A stretch of DNA of 64,000 nucleotides from Octopus vulgaris (Eukaryota): positions 117,304,001-117,368,000 of the forward strand of contig OX597817.1 in assembly GCA_951406725.2 (NCBI GenBank), read 5' to 3'. Position numbers and translations under genes: made by a program. This document shows, piece by piece, positions 38,164-52,744 of the stretch (the first letter of the stretch is position 1; each line of letters begins with the position of its first letter). Under the pieces are notes generated by a model. The model was not told the origin of the DNA, did no database searches, and saw only the letters and a list, made by a program, of their open reading frames with translations.

Positions 38164-41100
38164 CTAGCTGAAGTTGACCCGCTCTACGCGCGGGTAAGAG
38201 TGTGGTATATATATATAAATACAGATATATGCACTTTGTATATATAAAAATTATTATATATACATATTTATATATAGATACACAAACACATATAAATTAA
38301 CCCAATAAATATCTGATTCATAATATTTGTTGTCATGATTGAGTGGTTGTGGTGGCGATGATAATTCTCTCTATGAATGCAGACAGACGTAGAGAGTGAG
38401 AGTGTGTGAAAGCGCTGTGGAAGGCAGGGAGGGGGGATAACGGACGCTGTGAAACGACGTTATAAAGAGAAAGTGAATGTAAGGTAGGTAGACGCTGTGA
38501 AACGACGTTATAGATAGAATGTGAAAGGAAGGGAGAAAAGTGAGTGAGTTATGGAGGAAGACAGATACATAAAAGAATGAGAGTGTTGGATGTTTTGTTT
38601 GTTGGACCAATGTATTAAGGTAGTATTGTTTTATTGTTTTAAAACGAAAGAGGCAATGTGTTTGTTTCAAAAATTAAAACATCTGTAATAGTGAATGAAA
38701 TTAGAATTCACACCCAGCTCAGTTTTGTAGAAAGAGTATCACGATGTGAACTCATGAGTTGGGAGTTTGGCTGAGAGAGTTTATATGGTGACACATGCCA
38801 GTCCTTTCGACACCACCTAAACAATGGAATAGTGTATAAAATGTAATTAACAACTCATTCACTTTATGAATGTCTTATGTTAGCGAAGAAACAATAACTT
38901 GACAAAACCGTTTAATGGAGACGTAGAAGGAATCGGAAAATGAGGAATAAAGAGAATGAGTTGGATCAAATGTTTGCAAACATCTGAACACAACGTTCTT
39001 TATGAACCATGTTCTTTTTAATGTCTTTATTTTCAAGAATGAAGAGATAATGAAGAGGTGCAAAATAAAAAATCAAGCAAAGTTTCATGACTTACAATCA
39101 GTTTTCTTTTGTCAGAGCCTCCTGATAAACCACGTTCCTTGTGCGCTCATGATTGCCAAGAATGAAGAGTTTATGTGGATTTCAAACTCGAGAACAGGCT
39201 ACGTACAATTGACCATGACTGAAAACCGGTTGTGACAGGTTAATGCCTACAATGTCCAGTGATTGTCCCTGTGACCTGTTGATTGTCATCGCGAAGCATA
39301 GTTTTATCGGAAATTGAAAGCGTTTAAACTGAATGGGAACATCAGAGGGTGAAATACTCATTTTATGTATCATTTTGATTGTTCCTACAAATGGTCCACT
39401 CAAAATTTCAGCAGTTATAACATGGCTTTGAATCCTCCTAATAACCATTCGGGTTCCATTGCATATTTCAGGCGTTTCCATATTTCTGAGCACCATGATT
39501 GGAGCACCAACTTTCAAACACAAATGATGAGGTGGAAGTCCCGGAGGTGTTAGCTTGTTGAGTAGCTCGAGTGGATATTTGACTGCATCATTCTCATCTT
39601 TATTTGTATCGATGGACATGAAAGAAACTATCTCACCAGGATTCATATCAAGTACTTGTTTATTTGTAGCATGAGCTGTTGTATTATGAGGCGATAGAAT
39701 AGCTCTTGCTCTTAGCCAATCGAGATCCTGGAAGTTGGTTTCAACGTCAGGTAAAACGGCTCTTATAAGTTCTTCTACATTTGGAACGAAATTCCCAAAA
39801 GGCAACCGAATATGCTCATCATCAACGAAAGGCAAAACTCCATCACCAAGATCTAATAGGTGTTTTGCGAAAGCCTCAGACTCCACATCACCATGTAGGT
39901 GGACTCTCATGTTTGTTTGAAGATGGCGACTGATAACACTGTGCCACACATAAGAATGCTTTATACATGCATTAACCTCATCGGCTCTAGTGCCTGCTCG
40001 GACAACAGGAAGAGTTTGTCGAAAATCTCCTGCCATGAGAAACGTAGCACCACCCATTATTTTTGTATTGTGACGCAAATCTTGGAGAGTTCTGTCAAGA
40101 GCCTCAAACATGGCCTTATTACTCATTGTAGCCTCATCCCAAATAAAAAGACTGCATTCACGAAGAAGTCTTGCTCTTGAGGAACTACGATCTATATTAC
40201 ATATAGGATTATCTTTCTTTCCAATGTCCATGGGCAATTTGAATGCACTATGTGCCGTACGGCCACCTTGGAGCAGTGTCGCTGCAATACCACTTGAGGC
40301 ACATGCAATGGCAATTCGACGTTCAGCGCGCAGCTTTGCGAGAATCAAATTGATAGCGAAAGTTTTACCAGTACCACCTGGAGCATTCAAAAAGAAAAGC
40401 TTTCCTTGGTTCAATCTAACGCTGTCAATAATTTCATTATATATCTCTCTTTGTTCAGGCAAAAGTCTTGGTTCATCTCGCGTAATTGTTTCCGTCAATT
40501 CGGCAATGTTGTAGTTTTTTTCTGACATGTATTCAACATCCAAAGGCGCTTCATGATGGACAGGTGTCGGCAGATGGAATTCACTTAAACCGCGTATAAC
40601 ATAGCGTCTGATGTGTCTGTCCATGTCGATTAATGCCTCATTATAAACATCGTCGTTGCCATCACGTAGCGCTAAATTAGCCTGTATGTCCTTTGATAGG
40701 CTCTGTCTGAACGATTCCCAAAGGTTAAGAGGGTTGCTGGGATTACAGTGGATTAATATGCTACAAAACAATCGACGCATTTGCCATGGCAGTTTCCAAT
40801 TTGAGGCCTCTGCTAATGTCCTGTGTAAGTGGTCGTCATTGAGAAGAAGCCCGCGCCTCAAACATGCTTCCTTGTAAGTGGCGCAGATGATACCATCAAC
40901 CGTGCGAAGATCAGCAAAAGACTTCGGTCCAGTAACTACATGAAGTAGCATTCTCAAAAAGATTTCCTGTTTGGTAGGATGAATATTATACACACGCCCA
41001 ATGACGTTCTTCCTAGAAACACCTGGCCAATTGTCAAGTTCTGTTCCATGTGACCTGCGCTTCCAATTATTGTTGTTGTATGTGTAATATTCCGGTACTT

Positions 41101-41900
41101 TAGGGTAAATGAGAGTTGCAGCAAACTCATCAACTGAACACAATTTAAAAAATGCTGTAAGCGTAGTCCCTTTTGGATTTTCAATGACTTGACGTGCATT
41201 TTTCTCTGTGAAGTAAACCAGCTGTCTCTTCTGTAAATGAACATTCAGGTGGAAAACTGATGGTGAGCTTAGAAGAATCTCGTATCCAAAAATGCGCCAC
41301 GCTGCATAATTGGAGGATACACACCTACCGAAAACGAATTGTTTAATTTCGTCATGTCTAAGGTCTTCATCACTGAACACAAACACAGCCATATCATCGC
41401 CCTTATTAATGTACTTGCAGAGGTATTGTATGCATCTCACCGAACTGCAGTACTCAACATTAATGTGTGCATTAAATGTTTTAGAAAGCAAAGGGTTGAA
41501 TGGAACGATCCAGGCATTATCAACATCGAATGTTTTTAGCCGTTGTCTAATTATAGTTGTGCGGCCACCCAAACCTGGGTCACATATATGAAAGAGAGGA
41601 CGGGAAAATGAAATATTTTGCAATGTAAACATGATTTGTTTTAAGAGAAAGATTGTCATGATTGTGTGTTGGTGGTGGCGATGATAATTATCATTAGGAA
41701 AAACATAAGTTGTGGCGATGATAATTCTAGACCCCTTTTCACATGTTGATGAAGAGAACCCGATTTCATTCGGGTCTACTGGGGCCACATATAGGTGTGT
41801 GTGTGTGTGCACGCTGTAGAAATTAAATTAGAGATCAAACCACTAATAGGGAAATGAAACAGTAAAAAAACAAAAACATAAAAATATAATATTAGATATA

Positions 41901-41935
<35 letters not shown>

Positions 41936-42354
41936 TGACAGGTAGACAATAGAATGCGATGGCGATGGGGATGGCGATGTAATATTTGTTACTGTCTATG
42001 AACGCTGATAGATACATGAGTAAAATGTATAGGAAGGTAAGAGATAGAGTGAGTGAAAATGTTCTTGGAAGAGAGTAAATAGCGAGAGAGTGATTTGAGG
42101 AAGACTTTACATTAAATAACGGTAGTTGCATTGTCAAATGAAGAGGAGTGAGAGGGTACTGGAGGAAATAGGGTGAGTGAGGAAGATGGCCCCTAGCAAC
42201 CACACCTTTTAAGATAGGGATTTCTAAGGTAGCCCACGAGCATCGTCACCTCATTCTACATGTCCCTGTAAATTTTGGAGCGAATCGGACGGGATGTAGT
42301 GGCATTGAAAGCGATCCAAGCGGTAAAAACGCATTTCAGTTTTATATATAGAGA
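38164..42354 (-). mobile_element. Helitron, internally deleted derivative of an autonomous element
   Basis: Minus-strand 5' TCTCTATATATAAAACTG; 3' hairpin acccgc/gcgggt then CTAG|T at 38164; RepHel ORF inside. Confidence 0.9.
39182..41574 (-). CDS. Helitron Rep (C-terminal part) plus Pif1-family SF1 helicase, about 800 open codons
   Basis: VPFNPLL..AHINVE..YLCKY (Rep motif 3), GGTGKT, WDEATM, GDFRQTLPV, FAMTINRSQGQS, HGQLYVACSRV. Lacks the HUH motif and ends at a premature TGA. Confidence 0.9.
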
Positions 42355-42760
42355 ATATAAATATATATAAACCAGTTTCAGTGGATTTCACCTACATTTG
42401 ACGTCTATGTTATTTAGTTTGGTTTGAAATAAAGAACTTGACTAGCTTAATAATCCTAACTTAATCACAGGCAAAGGCGGGTTATACTACTAGTGATAGA
42501 CGAAATGAAAAGTGAAAAGTACTGTCAATGTACGTTAGTGTTCAACATTGTCAGCTGACCTGCTGGAAATAGCAAGTAATACCTTCTGAAATTATACCTC
42601 TCCTTAAATATTTAATTTATCAGGTTACATAGTTTCTCATTCACAAAACACAAAATGATTGCAGCAGGAATAACATTTATCAACAAAGCCAACTGACATA
42701 TATTAATGTCACCTAACTCCTGTTTCATTTCCTCTGTTTCTATGAACTCTCCTCCCCAAT

Positions 42761-42853
<93 letters not shown>

Positions 42854-43849
42854 TACACACACATATACACATCCTGTTTCATGCCTTCAGACATAAGACT
42901 TGATGTGAGGTATGAGGGATTTCTGTTCCCATGCTTCAAAAGGTAGTGTGTGTTAGGAGCAGTATGAGGTATGAATTCTTTTATTTCAATACTATTAATG
43001 CAGTACCTCTGCTCTGAACACCAATCACAGAATTCCATTTGGCTGACTGCTGTCAACTGAAAGGGCATTAAGCTAAATATCGACCAGCTTCTTTCAATTG
43101 TTCTTTAGTGAATATATGGAATCCCACTGCATTTTTAGCAAGACAGTGTATGTTACTTTGCTTCTTGTCTGTTACTTGATGTATGCCTAAGGTCAAGAAG
43201 CTCTGTCTATTTCACTACACACTTTTCATGCACTTTACCAGGAATTTCTCTAATTTGAGAATTTTCTTTTGTCTATAGAAGGTAGCTAAAGTGCAGCAAA
43301 TTGATTTTAATAGTAACATAAGTTTTGTCGAATTTTACTATGCTCAATTTTATAAGCTGCACTGCATTTCTATCTTTGGGCTTTCATCTTTCCTGTGCTC
43401 ATTTTTACAACCCTCACCAAGACAAGTAACTCTTACCATTGCTCAATAAATTTATACATTATGACAAAATATCAAATATAAAAATTGCCAGTGATTGAGA
43501 ACAAGCCATAACAACCTTGACTGTAGCCTAGGAATAAATGCAGTGCAGAAAGTACATCTATTCACTAAGATTTACTCAAAATGTCCTCAATACAATCTAA
43601 AAACAAATACATGTATATCTATATATTACACAGTGAAAAAAAAAGGCATTATTCTGAGTTATCCTTCATTCCCAAAGGGTCGAATTTGTTATTGATTCGT
43701 GGTGGTTTTGTTAGTTTTTTTACAACATGTATTGATATTGCAGTATTGTCCTTCATTAGAAGTCTTATTATGATAGGATGATACTTAAGGGTCTCTTGTT
43801 TTGGGAACTTTTGGTACACGTTATAAATGAAATAAAACATAAGTAAAAA

Positions 43850-44800
43850 GAAATCCGGCTAACCCAACCATCACACATAGTGAGAAGTTGTTACCAAAGA
43901 TGAATCAAAATACCCATGATCCATGCCACATTTCATTCCTGGTGCTGAAAACTGGTCCCTTCAAAGGTTTCTGTGAGTGTCATTCCCATTAGACACAAGA
44001 ATTATTCTATGTTATCTGGACAGAATGCTTCTTATATGTAATGATAAACTATTAGTGTGGCTTTCAGTAATAGCCTGACGTGGTCCTATCTTTTGATCAT
44101 CAGTTAACCTACTGATTTTTGCATATCCTGTTTAGAAGGTTCATCAGGAGTAACAAAATATAGTTTGTTCTTCTAAGAAGCATGGATTTCATTGCTTACC
44201 ACCTGGAGCTACGTATGCAGCATACAGCTGATTCCGGCGCTTGATGTTGATACTTCTGCTACAGTCCAGCACTTTCTTTCTTCCTCTGCTTTTCTGGGTC
44301 CGCTTGGCAGAAAGCCTTTTACTGGCTTTCGCTTAAATGTTTATCAACTGAGCCTTCTGCCCTCCACTATCAGTCTAACAGCTTTCCTTTTTACCCTTAC
44401 AGAGTTACTGCTCCAGAATTGCTTCATGATCAGTGCTGATCATCAGGCCCTGCACGTCCGTACATACTACATCTAACTGCATGCTATTTTTTAATGTTAC
44501 ATCCCTGTTCATCACGTGCTCCTATTGGATAGAAAAAGTAATTATTCAGCACCTTTCCATGGGCAAATGAGAAGTGCATAATATCTGCCTGTCATCTTGT
44601 CACACCCACAAACTTAGAGAAAAGGCACATGCTTTTATAAGCCTTTTCCTGTCTATAGAACACACATTGTACACCTTATTTTTCATAGTTTCTTCCATCT
44701 GTTCATTTCAGGGCATATGGAAGCCCCCTTCTGTTCTTTAAAGTAGATGCATGTTACTCGCGTCTGTATGTGTTCTTTGGTCAATTTCTTCAAATAAATT
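43850..44800 (-). mobile_element. Very degraded LINE fragment, possibly RTE 5' or endonuclease region
   Basis: Higher-complexity sequence with only weak resemblance to AP-endonuclease motifs. Confidence 0.3.
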
Positions 44801-45124
44801 TCTAGCATAAATTCCCCATGCTCTTTACTTTTCCAAGAGACCTATACTGAGTCTCTCTGATTGGCAATACACGTATACCACAATTTATCTCGTTTCAAGT
44901 TGCGTCTTTTCCGACATAACGTCGTTCTTATAAAGAAAATACATGGTGAAATTTAAATAAACCTCAGCTTCTATCGATTTGTTCAGCTTTACATCGGTCT
45001 CAGGGAATACATTTAAAAGCATGATAATTAAAAAAAATCTTTAAAAACCAATACTGAAGTGGAAAATCAAATAAAATACTTGTGAAAATATATACAAACC
45101 GTTTATTAAAACAATTCTTTATCT

Positions 45125-45350
45125 CATCTTTTACTCGTTTTAGTCATTTGACTGCGACCATGCTGGGGTACTGCCTTGAAATTTTAGTTGAATGCATCGA
45201 CTCCAGGACATGTTTATTTTTTAAGCCTGTTACTTACACTATCGATACCTTTTCCCGAACCGCTAATGTTACGAGAACGCAAACACGCCAACACCGCTTG
45301 TCAAGCAGTGGCCAGGGGACAAACAGACAAACAGACAGACAGACAGTCAT

Positions 45351-45392
<42 letters not shown>

Positions 45393-45549
45393 ATATATAT
45401 ACACGACGGGCTTCTTTCAGTTTCCGTCTATTCAGAAGGCTTTGGTTGGCCTGAGGCTATAGTTGAAGACATATACTCAAGGTGCCACGCAATGGGAGTG
45501 AACCCTGAAACATGTAGTCGGGAAGTAAGCTTTTTGCCACGCCTGCGCC
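45125..45549 (-). mobile_element. Full-length main tRNA-SINE
   Basis: Colinear with 20781-21182. Confidence 0.9.
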
Positions 45550-46088
45550 TATATTTTGTAAGCTAATATTATCTCTTTTGAATACTTTTTCGTGTTATAT
45601 CGTTTTTGAGTTAAATGGCACGATTGGAAACAATTACCGACGTAAGTTGAGGTATGCTTGTACAAGCAAAAGTGCCCTTTTGCTCTTAACCATTAATGCG
45701 ATTAGAAATATATTTTCATTTACTTAAGTATAAATCATGTATCTTGCATGTTGTATTTACTTTTTCTTTTTTTCTCTTGTAGTTTTTAACGTAACTGTGT
45801 GTTGCTATCATCCTTTCCTACTCCATCCCAGAAGAGTCCATTTTAAATTACTAGTAAACTCTATTTTATGTAAAATTATATGTCTAAAAAACAAAAAGTA
45901 CACTGTTTTGCATCCCTAGATAATGGCGCATACTTTACACTTTCTAATGAGGCTTGTTTACATAATAAAACAGCAAAACTTTCATCAAATAAATCGTGGT
46001 AAATATCCAACGTTCGCTAAGCAAGGTCGAAGACGACCGTACACATAATGATGATGATGATGATGATGAAATAATAATAATAATAATG

Positions 46089-46149
<61 letters not shown>

Positions 46150-46701
46150 CAATAATAATAATAATGATAATGGTGTTTTATTTATTTGCCCCTAAGGCAA
46201 CAAAGAGAGACAGTACAGAGCGGATAAAACCTTAAACATGAACATCAAAAGAAAAACAAAAAATATCCGATTATCAAAGACTAAACAAATAGTACAAGTA
46301 AAATACTGATATACAGTTTTGCACAGAAACCTAATGTCACTTTGCTCTTTTAGATAACAAGTTAATTTATGAATTCGTAGCTAGGATTATCAGAATTAAC
46401 GGCAATAATTCTTTAACTTGAAACATTAAGATGTTTTTGAGTAGTACCTATTTGCAATTCTGTTAAGATAATAATGACCATATTTCAGCTTATCAGAGGG
46501 ATTGCAGAAAGAAAATATAAAACACCATGGAAGCATAATAAATGAATACAGGATGTCATAGGGTTGAGTATATGGGCTTTAAATCAGGCCCAAATTCTGT
46601 GGTGGAGAGAAAAAAAAAAGTTTTTCTCCATAAAAACGAAGAAAAAAATATTATGGTAGCTTAAAGAATTATTACCATTTACTAAATAAAAATATGAAAG
46701 T

Positions 46702-47070
46702 GCATGGCCAATGGTTAGGGTGTTACAATCAAAATCTGGCTATCGTTGTTTCGATTCCCACACTGGGGATGCGTGGGGCTCTTGAGAAAAACACTTCATT
46801 CAAATGTACATAGGTAAACCTGAAATGTACCAACGTTCCATTCAGTGGTAATGTTGGCCTGCCTGCCTGCCTACCTGCTTGCCTACCTGCATGCTTGCCT
46901 ACCTGCTTACCTAACCAGTGGAGTGCCATCAGTCGAAGCCTAAAATAATGTGAGGAATCACATTGTGGTCAGCGGTGTATAACAACATCCGATAGTCTGG
47001 TTAATACTGTGACTGAATAATATATGAAGGCAGCACATGGCTTAGAGGTTAGGGTGTTGCACTCATGACC
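46702..47070 (+). mobile_element. Third tRNA-derived SINE family copy plus a second head fragment
   Basis: A box tggccaatgg, B box tttcgattccc. Similar heads at 27035, 47033 and 52745. Confidence 0.65.
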
Positions 47071-47479
47071 AGGCCACTGTCGTTTATATTAACCCAGTAT
47101 AGAAGGCGAAGATAAAGCTTTCCACCAACCGCATTGTCGAGCTGACCACCCATTCTCTGTCTTCACTTCGTCAAACCCAGTACCCCGTCAAAGAAACCTG
47201 CTGCGGGAAGCGTGCCGCAGGAACAGTGACTATATTTGTCCAAGGTCGTCGTCGTCGATGAATCTCTGCCGATAATGATGTGTCTGTGCCATGTGTCTGT
47301 CAACCATAGCATCTTCAGCCCGTCTTGGAGTCGATATTGGCAAAAACTACTGACCATCAAACATGTCATTTTAAGAAGAAGCGGTGGAGCTTGCAATCAA
47401 CTAGGTATTTACTGAGACATTTTAGTCTGGAAGTAGTACAAACATGAAGCGATATAAATTTTAGTTCAGATCTTTCAGT

Positions 47480-47990
47480 CGATTTTGTAGGACATCTCCA
47501 TTGACCTTTTGGATATATGAGCGATGGCTTCATTCTGTTAAACATCGCGTCCAAATTTTCAAAATTGGTGAGTTTTGGTTCGAGAAAGTTCCTTGGCATC
47601 TCCGTGTATCGACTGGATGTTACTAGAACAGTTTGGTTTCCCTCCTCAAAAAAGTGAGGGATCCACACTCTAAAATTTGCAACAGCACAAAACACAGTAA
47701 CTAGTTCTCTGTGTAGAGGTGTTTCGAGAAGCTGTTTAAGTTTCTTTTCCGCCCAGTAGAGAAAAGTTTACTTCTTGACGTAGCCAGACGTGAAAGTTGA
47801 CTTCCTCGCTGGTGAAGACAACAGTACCTGCAGGAGCAGTGTGAAGGATATTCTCACAGTACGCCAAGCATTTTTCTTGTCATTATCATGGAATTCTTGA
47901 GCAGTCATCATTTTGTATGGCTGGAACTTGGGATCGATGTGTAAAATACTGACAGTTCGAGTAGATAATTTCAAAGCATGTTTACGGATT
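47480..47990 (-). mobile_element. Tc1/mariner-superfamily transposase remnant (rosa/DD41D-like)
   Basis: LSTRTVSILHIDPKFQPYKM..QE, SGYVKK..LYWAE..PLH..VTVFCAV...FFEE...TSSRYTEM, and a frameshifted QNEAIAH resembling QQDGATAH. Confidence 0.7.
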
Positions 47991-48159
47991 GAACATTTAG
48001 GGGATCGTAAAACAGCTATCTCACAGCCTCGTTATATTCTGAAATTAGAACGCTCCAACGATTTTCAGGTGATTTTCTTTACAGCACTGAATGAACTATA
48101 GCAGAATGGATATTATTGTCTGGAACAACCTAATTTCGAAGTAACACAAAATGAATAGA

Positions 48160-48500
48160 AAACGTTTTGCTTCCCGGAGGTCAAACTTGTCGTTCTGCTT
48201 GGTTGGCTTCCCTGTGGTCATCAGTCGTTCCGATTCGTTGATTCTCTTAAAGGGTCATTTCGTTGTATTTGCTGAAATTCGGTTTTGATTGGTCTGGAAT
48301 TAGGTGACGTCTAGACCAAAGATATTTTACAAACACGAGTTGCTGGCATCACTTAATCCAGACCAGCCACAACCGAATTTCAGCAAATACAACGAAATGA
48401 CCCTTTAAGAGAACCAACGAACCGGAACGACTGATGACCGTCTCCTCGAGGAAGTCAACCAGGCAGAACGACAAGCTTGACCACCAGAAAACAAGGCGTT
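48160..48500. repeat. Foldback element, about 150-bp arms
   Basis: ggtcatcagtcgttccg...ctcttaaagggtcatttcgttgtatttgctgaaattcggtt is mirrored at 48345-48500. Confidence 0.9.
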
Positions 48501-48742
48501 ACCAATATTTTAACGAATCAAAAATCAGTTCCGCTCGTGGAAAAAATTATAAATACAGCTGATCCCAAAACATACCACTACAAGCGAAAGTGTCTATGGA
48601 AAAAGGATCAGAGAAACTGAACCAAATTCCCTTTTGCTTACTATTTTCATTTCTCCCTTGTTCTTTTCCCCCCTTAACTCAGTATGACTTGTCGATCACC
48701 ACTAACATTAATGAGCTTTGTGCATTCAAACAAATCGATATA

Positions 48743-48809
<67 letters not shown>

Positions 48810-48931
48810 CATACATACATACATACATACATACATACATACATACATACATACATACTTACATATATACATACATACATACATACATACATACATGCAT
48901 GCATACATACATACATACATACATACATACA

Positions 48932-48965
<34 letters not shown>

Positions 48966-49998
48966 CATACACTTGCCGAGTTTCTCCTTGTTGGGTAATT
49001 TTCAAAACATTGACGAACTTGACGAACTTTCGGAATAGCACACATCCACATAATTTGGATTTTTTCTGTTTTGACAGGAATTTTTAAAAATTTGTTTCTC
49101 TTTTTTCTTCTCTTTTTCTTTTCTTCTTCTTTTTTTTGCACCACGCACTTAAAAACAATGGCGGACGTCTTCACGGTAAAAAAAAAAAAGGAAAACAAAA
49201 CAAAACTTTAACATTAATGAAATTTTTCAAAACACTCGCCCCAGCCAATTCCAATTTTGGCCTATATTTTTGCACTATGCACTTAAAACGATAGGATAAT
49301 CTTTGAAGGCTAAAAAAAGAAAACAATTTTAAAATTTAGAAACCGTCGATCACCATTACAATCCCTACTTCCTCTATTTTCTAACAGAAAATGAAACTTA
49401 ATTTAAAAACAACAGTGATTTTTTTTTTTATTTTATCATTATCCGCCTCTTCACGATCATAAATCTTAAAATTTCAGCTTCCTTTCTATTACCTTTTTTT
49501 TTTTAATCACAGTTTTAAAATATGGACTCTCCGAATCTGCAATTAGTTTCTGTTTATGATTTCAAACTAATTTTCAGACGAAAAGGTGTGTGATTTAAAT
49601 ATTTAGCAGTTGTTTCTAACACATCCCATGACCACCTGGTACCTTCTTCGTTTCTTTGTTACACTGATATATATTGATGTTATACAAAGATGATGCAGTG
49701 GTCCATTTCTGGGATATAAAGCAACATCAACAAAATTTTTTTTTTCTTTAAATCTGAAGTCCCGCCTTACATCAAGCGAGTTCATGTGCGTATAAGAAAA
49801 AAACTTATTTACTAATAGAAAAGCATACTATTTCAAAGGAATTATCTTTTGCTACCTTTGTAAAATCATACTGTCGCCCTAGTGAAACTACTTACACACA
49901 TGCATACACGTACATTGACAAACACACACATTCAGTGTGAGCGATATAGCTATATAAAACGAGAACGTTTGCATTGAGAGAAAGTGAAAGAAGTAGAC

Positions 49999-50036
<38 letters not shown>

Positions 50037-50514
50037 ATTTTGTCACTGTCACAGAAATTTTAAAATTAAATGAAATTTTTCAAATTTGGTGTATTCATGT
50101 ACTTTTTCACGATGAATCCGAGCTTGTAAATTATTCATTCAAGAAAAAAATTGTAGAAAAACGTTATCCCATCAGAAAACAGGATTTATGTACGTGATAG
50201 CTGTGATAAAATGAAAATAAACATTTGAAGACGCGGTGTTAAACAAAATGAAAACAATGCATGAGAGTGAGTGCCAAACAGTATAGTAGATATATATAGA
50301 GAGATATTTTGATGGTGTTAGATAGAGAGTGGGAGATTTGCAGAACTAAAAGTTGATTTATTTCTTGCAAGAAATTATACTTTCTATTATTATTTGCGGA
50401 TGATATTGCATGTGGAACTTTGAATTCGAAAATCAAATTCCGTTTTCTCGAGGATGCACCGTTTCAGAGCCATTTAGGGCTAAACACACATGCACACACA
50501 CACACACACACATG

Positions 50515-50545
<31 letters not shown>

Positions 50546-50929
50546 ACACACACACATAACCATATGCACTTACACTTACATTTATATATATATCAAACAT
50601 TACACTGAAAAGATTCTTACCCATAAACATGGATTTTATAATTTTATTATGAGTAAGAATCGAAAAAATAATATGCAATTTGCATTTGATATTTATTATT
50701 CATTATAATATATTATATTATTATGTGAATATAATGTAACATCGTGTTAATAAATTTTAAGTTTTGGATTGACAATTGTATATCTGCAATTTCTTTTCAT
50801 TTTTATAAATTCAGTATATACCCATTTCAATTGTTAAGCTTTTCTCAACTAAACTGGGTAGTAAACATTTAAGCCAGTGAAACATTGGACGTTTTCATCC
50901 ATATAAGAGGAACCTATTTTCCTTGTTTT

Positions 50930-50967
<38 letters not shown>

Positions 50968-50970
<3 letters not shown>

Positions 50971-51303
50971 CCATCAAAATGTAGGACAAGATACTTTGAT
51001 AGCCTGGGATTCAGAGGCCCACAGCTCTTCAATATCCTCCCGAAGAACCTGAGAGACCTGCATGGGGTGGATGCAGATGTCTTTCAAATAAAACTGGATC
51101 TCTTCCTGTCAGGTGTCCCAGCTGGACCAACTTCACGGCAGGAGGTGCAGATGAGGGCAGCTGCATCGAACTCTCTCATGCGCCAAATGGCAATTGCTAA
51201 AAAGCATTCGTGAAGTAAAATCATGTAGCAACACCAAGTGGCGGTGCCCCAGCATGGCCACAGCTCGTGAGCTGAAACTAGATAAAATAAAATAAAAATA
51301 ATA
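50968..51303 (+). mobile_element. 3' end of a CR1-group LINE, 5'-truncated, next to (TA)n
   Basis: GPQLFNILPKNLRDL..VDADVFQIKLDLFL (CR1-type NxLP...FKxxLD end), short 3' UTR and (taaaa)n tail. Confidence 0.8.
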
Positions 51304-51349
51304 AATAGATAAATAAATAAAAATATATATAGAGAGAGAGAGATAGAGA

Positions 51350-51423
<74 letters not shown>

Positions 51424-51478
51424 GGATAGATAGATATACATATACATACACACACATACACTCACACATACACACACA

Positions 51479-51521
<43 letters not shown>

Positions 51522-51667
51522 ACATATATATATATATATGATGTGTTGAGTAGAACAGCACTCTATCAGTTAAGAGAGTGAAGTTAAATCATGGTTTCGG
51601 CCAGGAAAACCCTGGGTAGCTGTATTTCACAAGAATTGTGGTCTTATTTACATCATTTGCCATTATG

Positions 51668-51724
<57 letters not shown>

Positions 51725-52744
51725 TATAAATTCAGATGTTTGATAATTGTATGAGGTAGTTGTTTCGAACCTTCCCTATTTTCAGATGATTTATTTCTTT
51801 CTCCCAAAACGTCATGATCTCAATTCAATATATTATAAGCCTGTTGACTTCGCTTTCCAGCCTATTCCGTCTCGACAAAAGAAGTACAAACTGAGTAATG
51901 AGATGGATTTAATCGACCGTCCTTCTTATCAAATTTAAGGCTACTTGCCAATATTAACAGCAGCGATGCAACCAGTCCTTTCATTATAACGATGACTTTT
52001 ATTATATCCCTAGTCGAACTGGGAGCCTGTAAAAGCAAAATTCATAGTCTCTGCTTTTAATTATTGATAACTATTGATATCGTTAATTGAACAATTTTTT
52101 TTTCTGATAAGAGAGATATTGATTTAGAAATACACATCAAAGAAACAGTTTTGTCGGCTTAACAACGAAAAAAAATATTGGCATGATTCTAATAGTCATA
52201 CAGTTTGCACAAATGCATGGACGGTCTTCTCTTACGTCTGCAGTGCAATATTTCGAGGAGTAGCTTCTCAACATATTCAGTATACATTCGTAGCGAAGCT
52301 TCCTGAGTTACAATAGCAACAGTGATGCGAAGTAGAATAAAATTTTGTTGCTATATGCATCAGCTCTCCTCACAAGAAGAAAGAAAATGTGCTAACGGGT
52401 TTAGTGTCTATCTCATTTTCTTCTGTTCCTACTTCAAGCACACATCAAACGCATCTGACGTCTTCCTTATTAAACCCTTCGCTCCGTAAACACACGAGAA
52501 CACTAAATTAACTCAAGAAACAGGCTAGGAGAAATTCTCAAGGTATCACTACAAGGCACAGATTTTAACTTTTTAAAATATTTAATAAAGTGTTGTAGTA
52601 TATGCAATTCAATAAGGCATAGCAATAAGATTTACGAACATATTTACTGCAAAGGAATGCTGAGGAATATCTAAATGTTGAATAGGCCCCTTTGGTGTAT
52701 ATATAGCGCCTGTTTATTGATTTTGCAAAATTAATCACGATAAC

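Larger units (their letters stand above)
37678..42493 (+). mobile_element. Non-autonomous Helitron split by a nested Helitron
   Basis: A|TCTGTATATATAAAAGG at 37678; degenerate hairpin cacaggcaaaggcggg and CTAG|T at 42490-42493. Confidence 0.6.

Noticed and set aside
41575-41812. N-terminal extension of the 876-aa ORF
   Set aside because: Starts in a (CA)n repeat, has no Rep similarity and looks like intron read-through.
47080-47400. GC-rich segment as a host exon
   Set aside because: No recognisable product or clear splice sites; it lies between SINE and transposon remnants.
48427-48460. CTGATGA in the foldback arm as a hammerhead
   Set aside because: Followed by GGAAG without pairing stems II and III.
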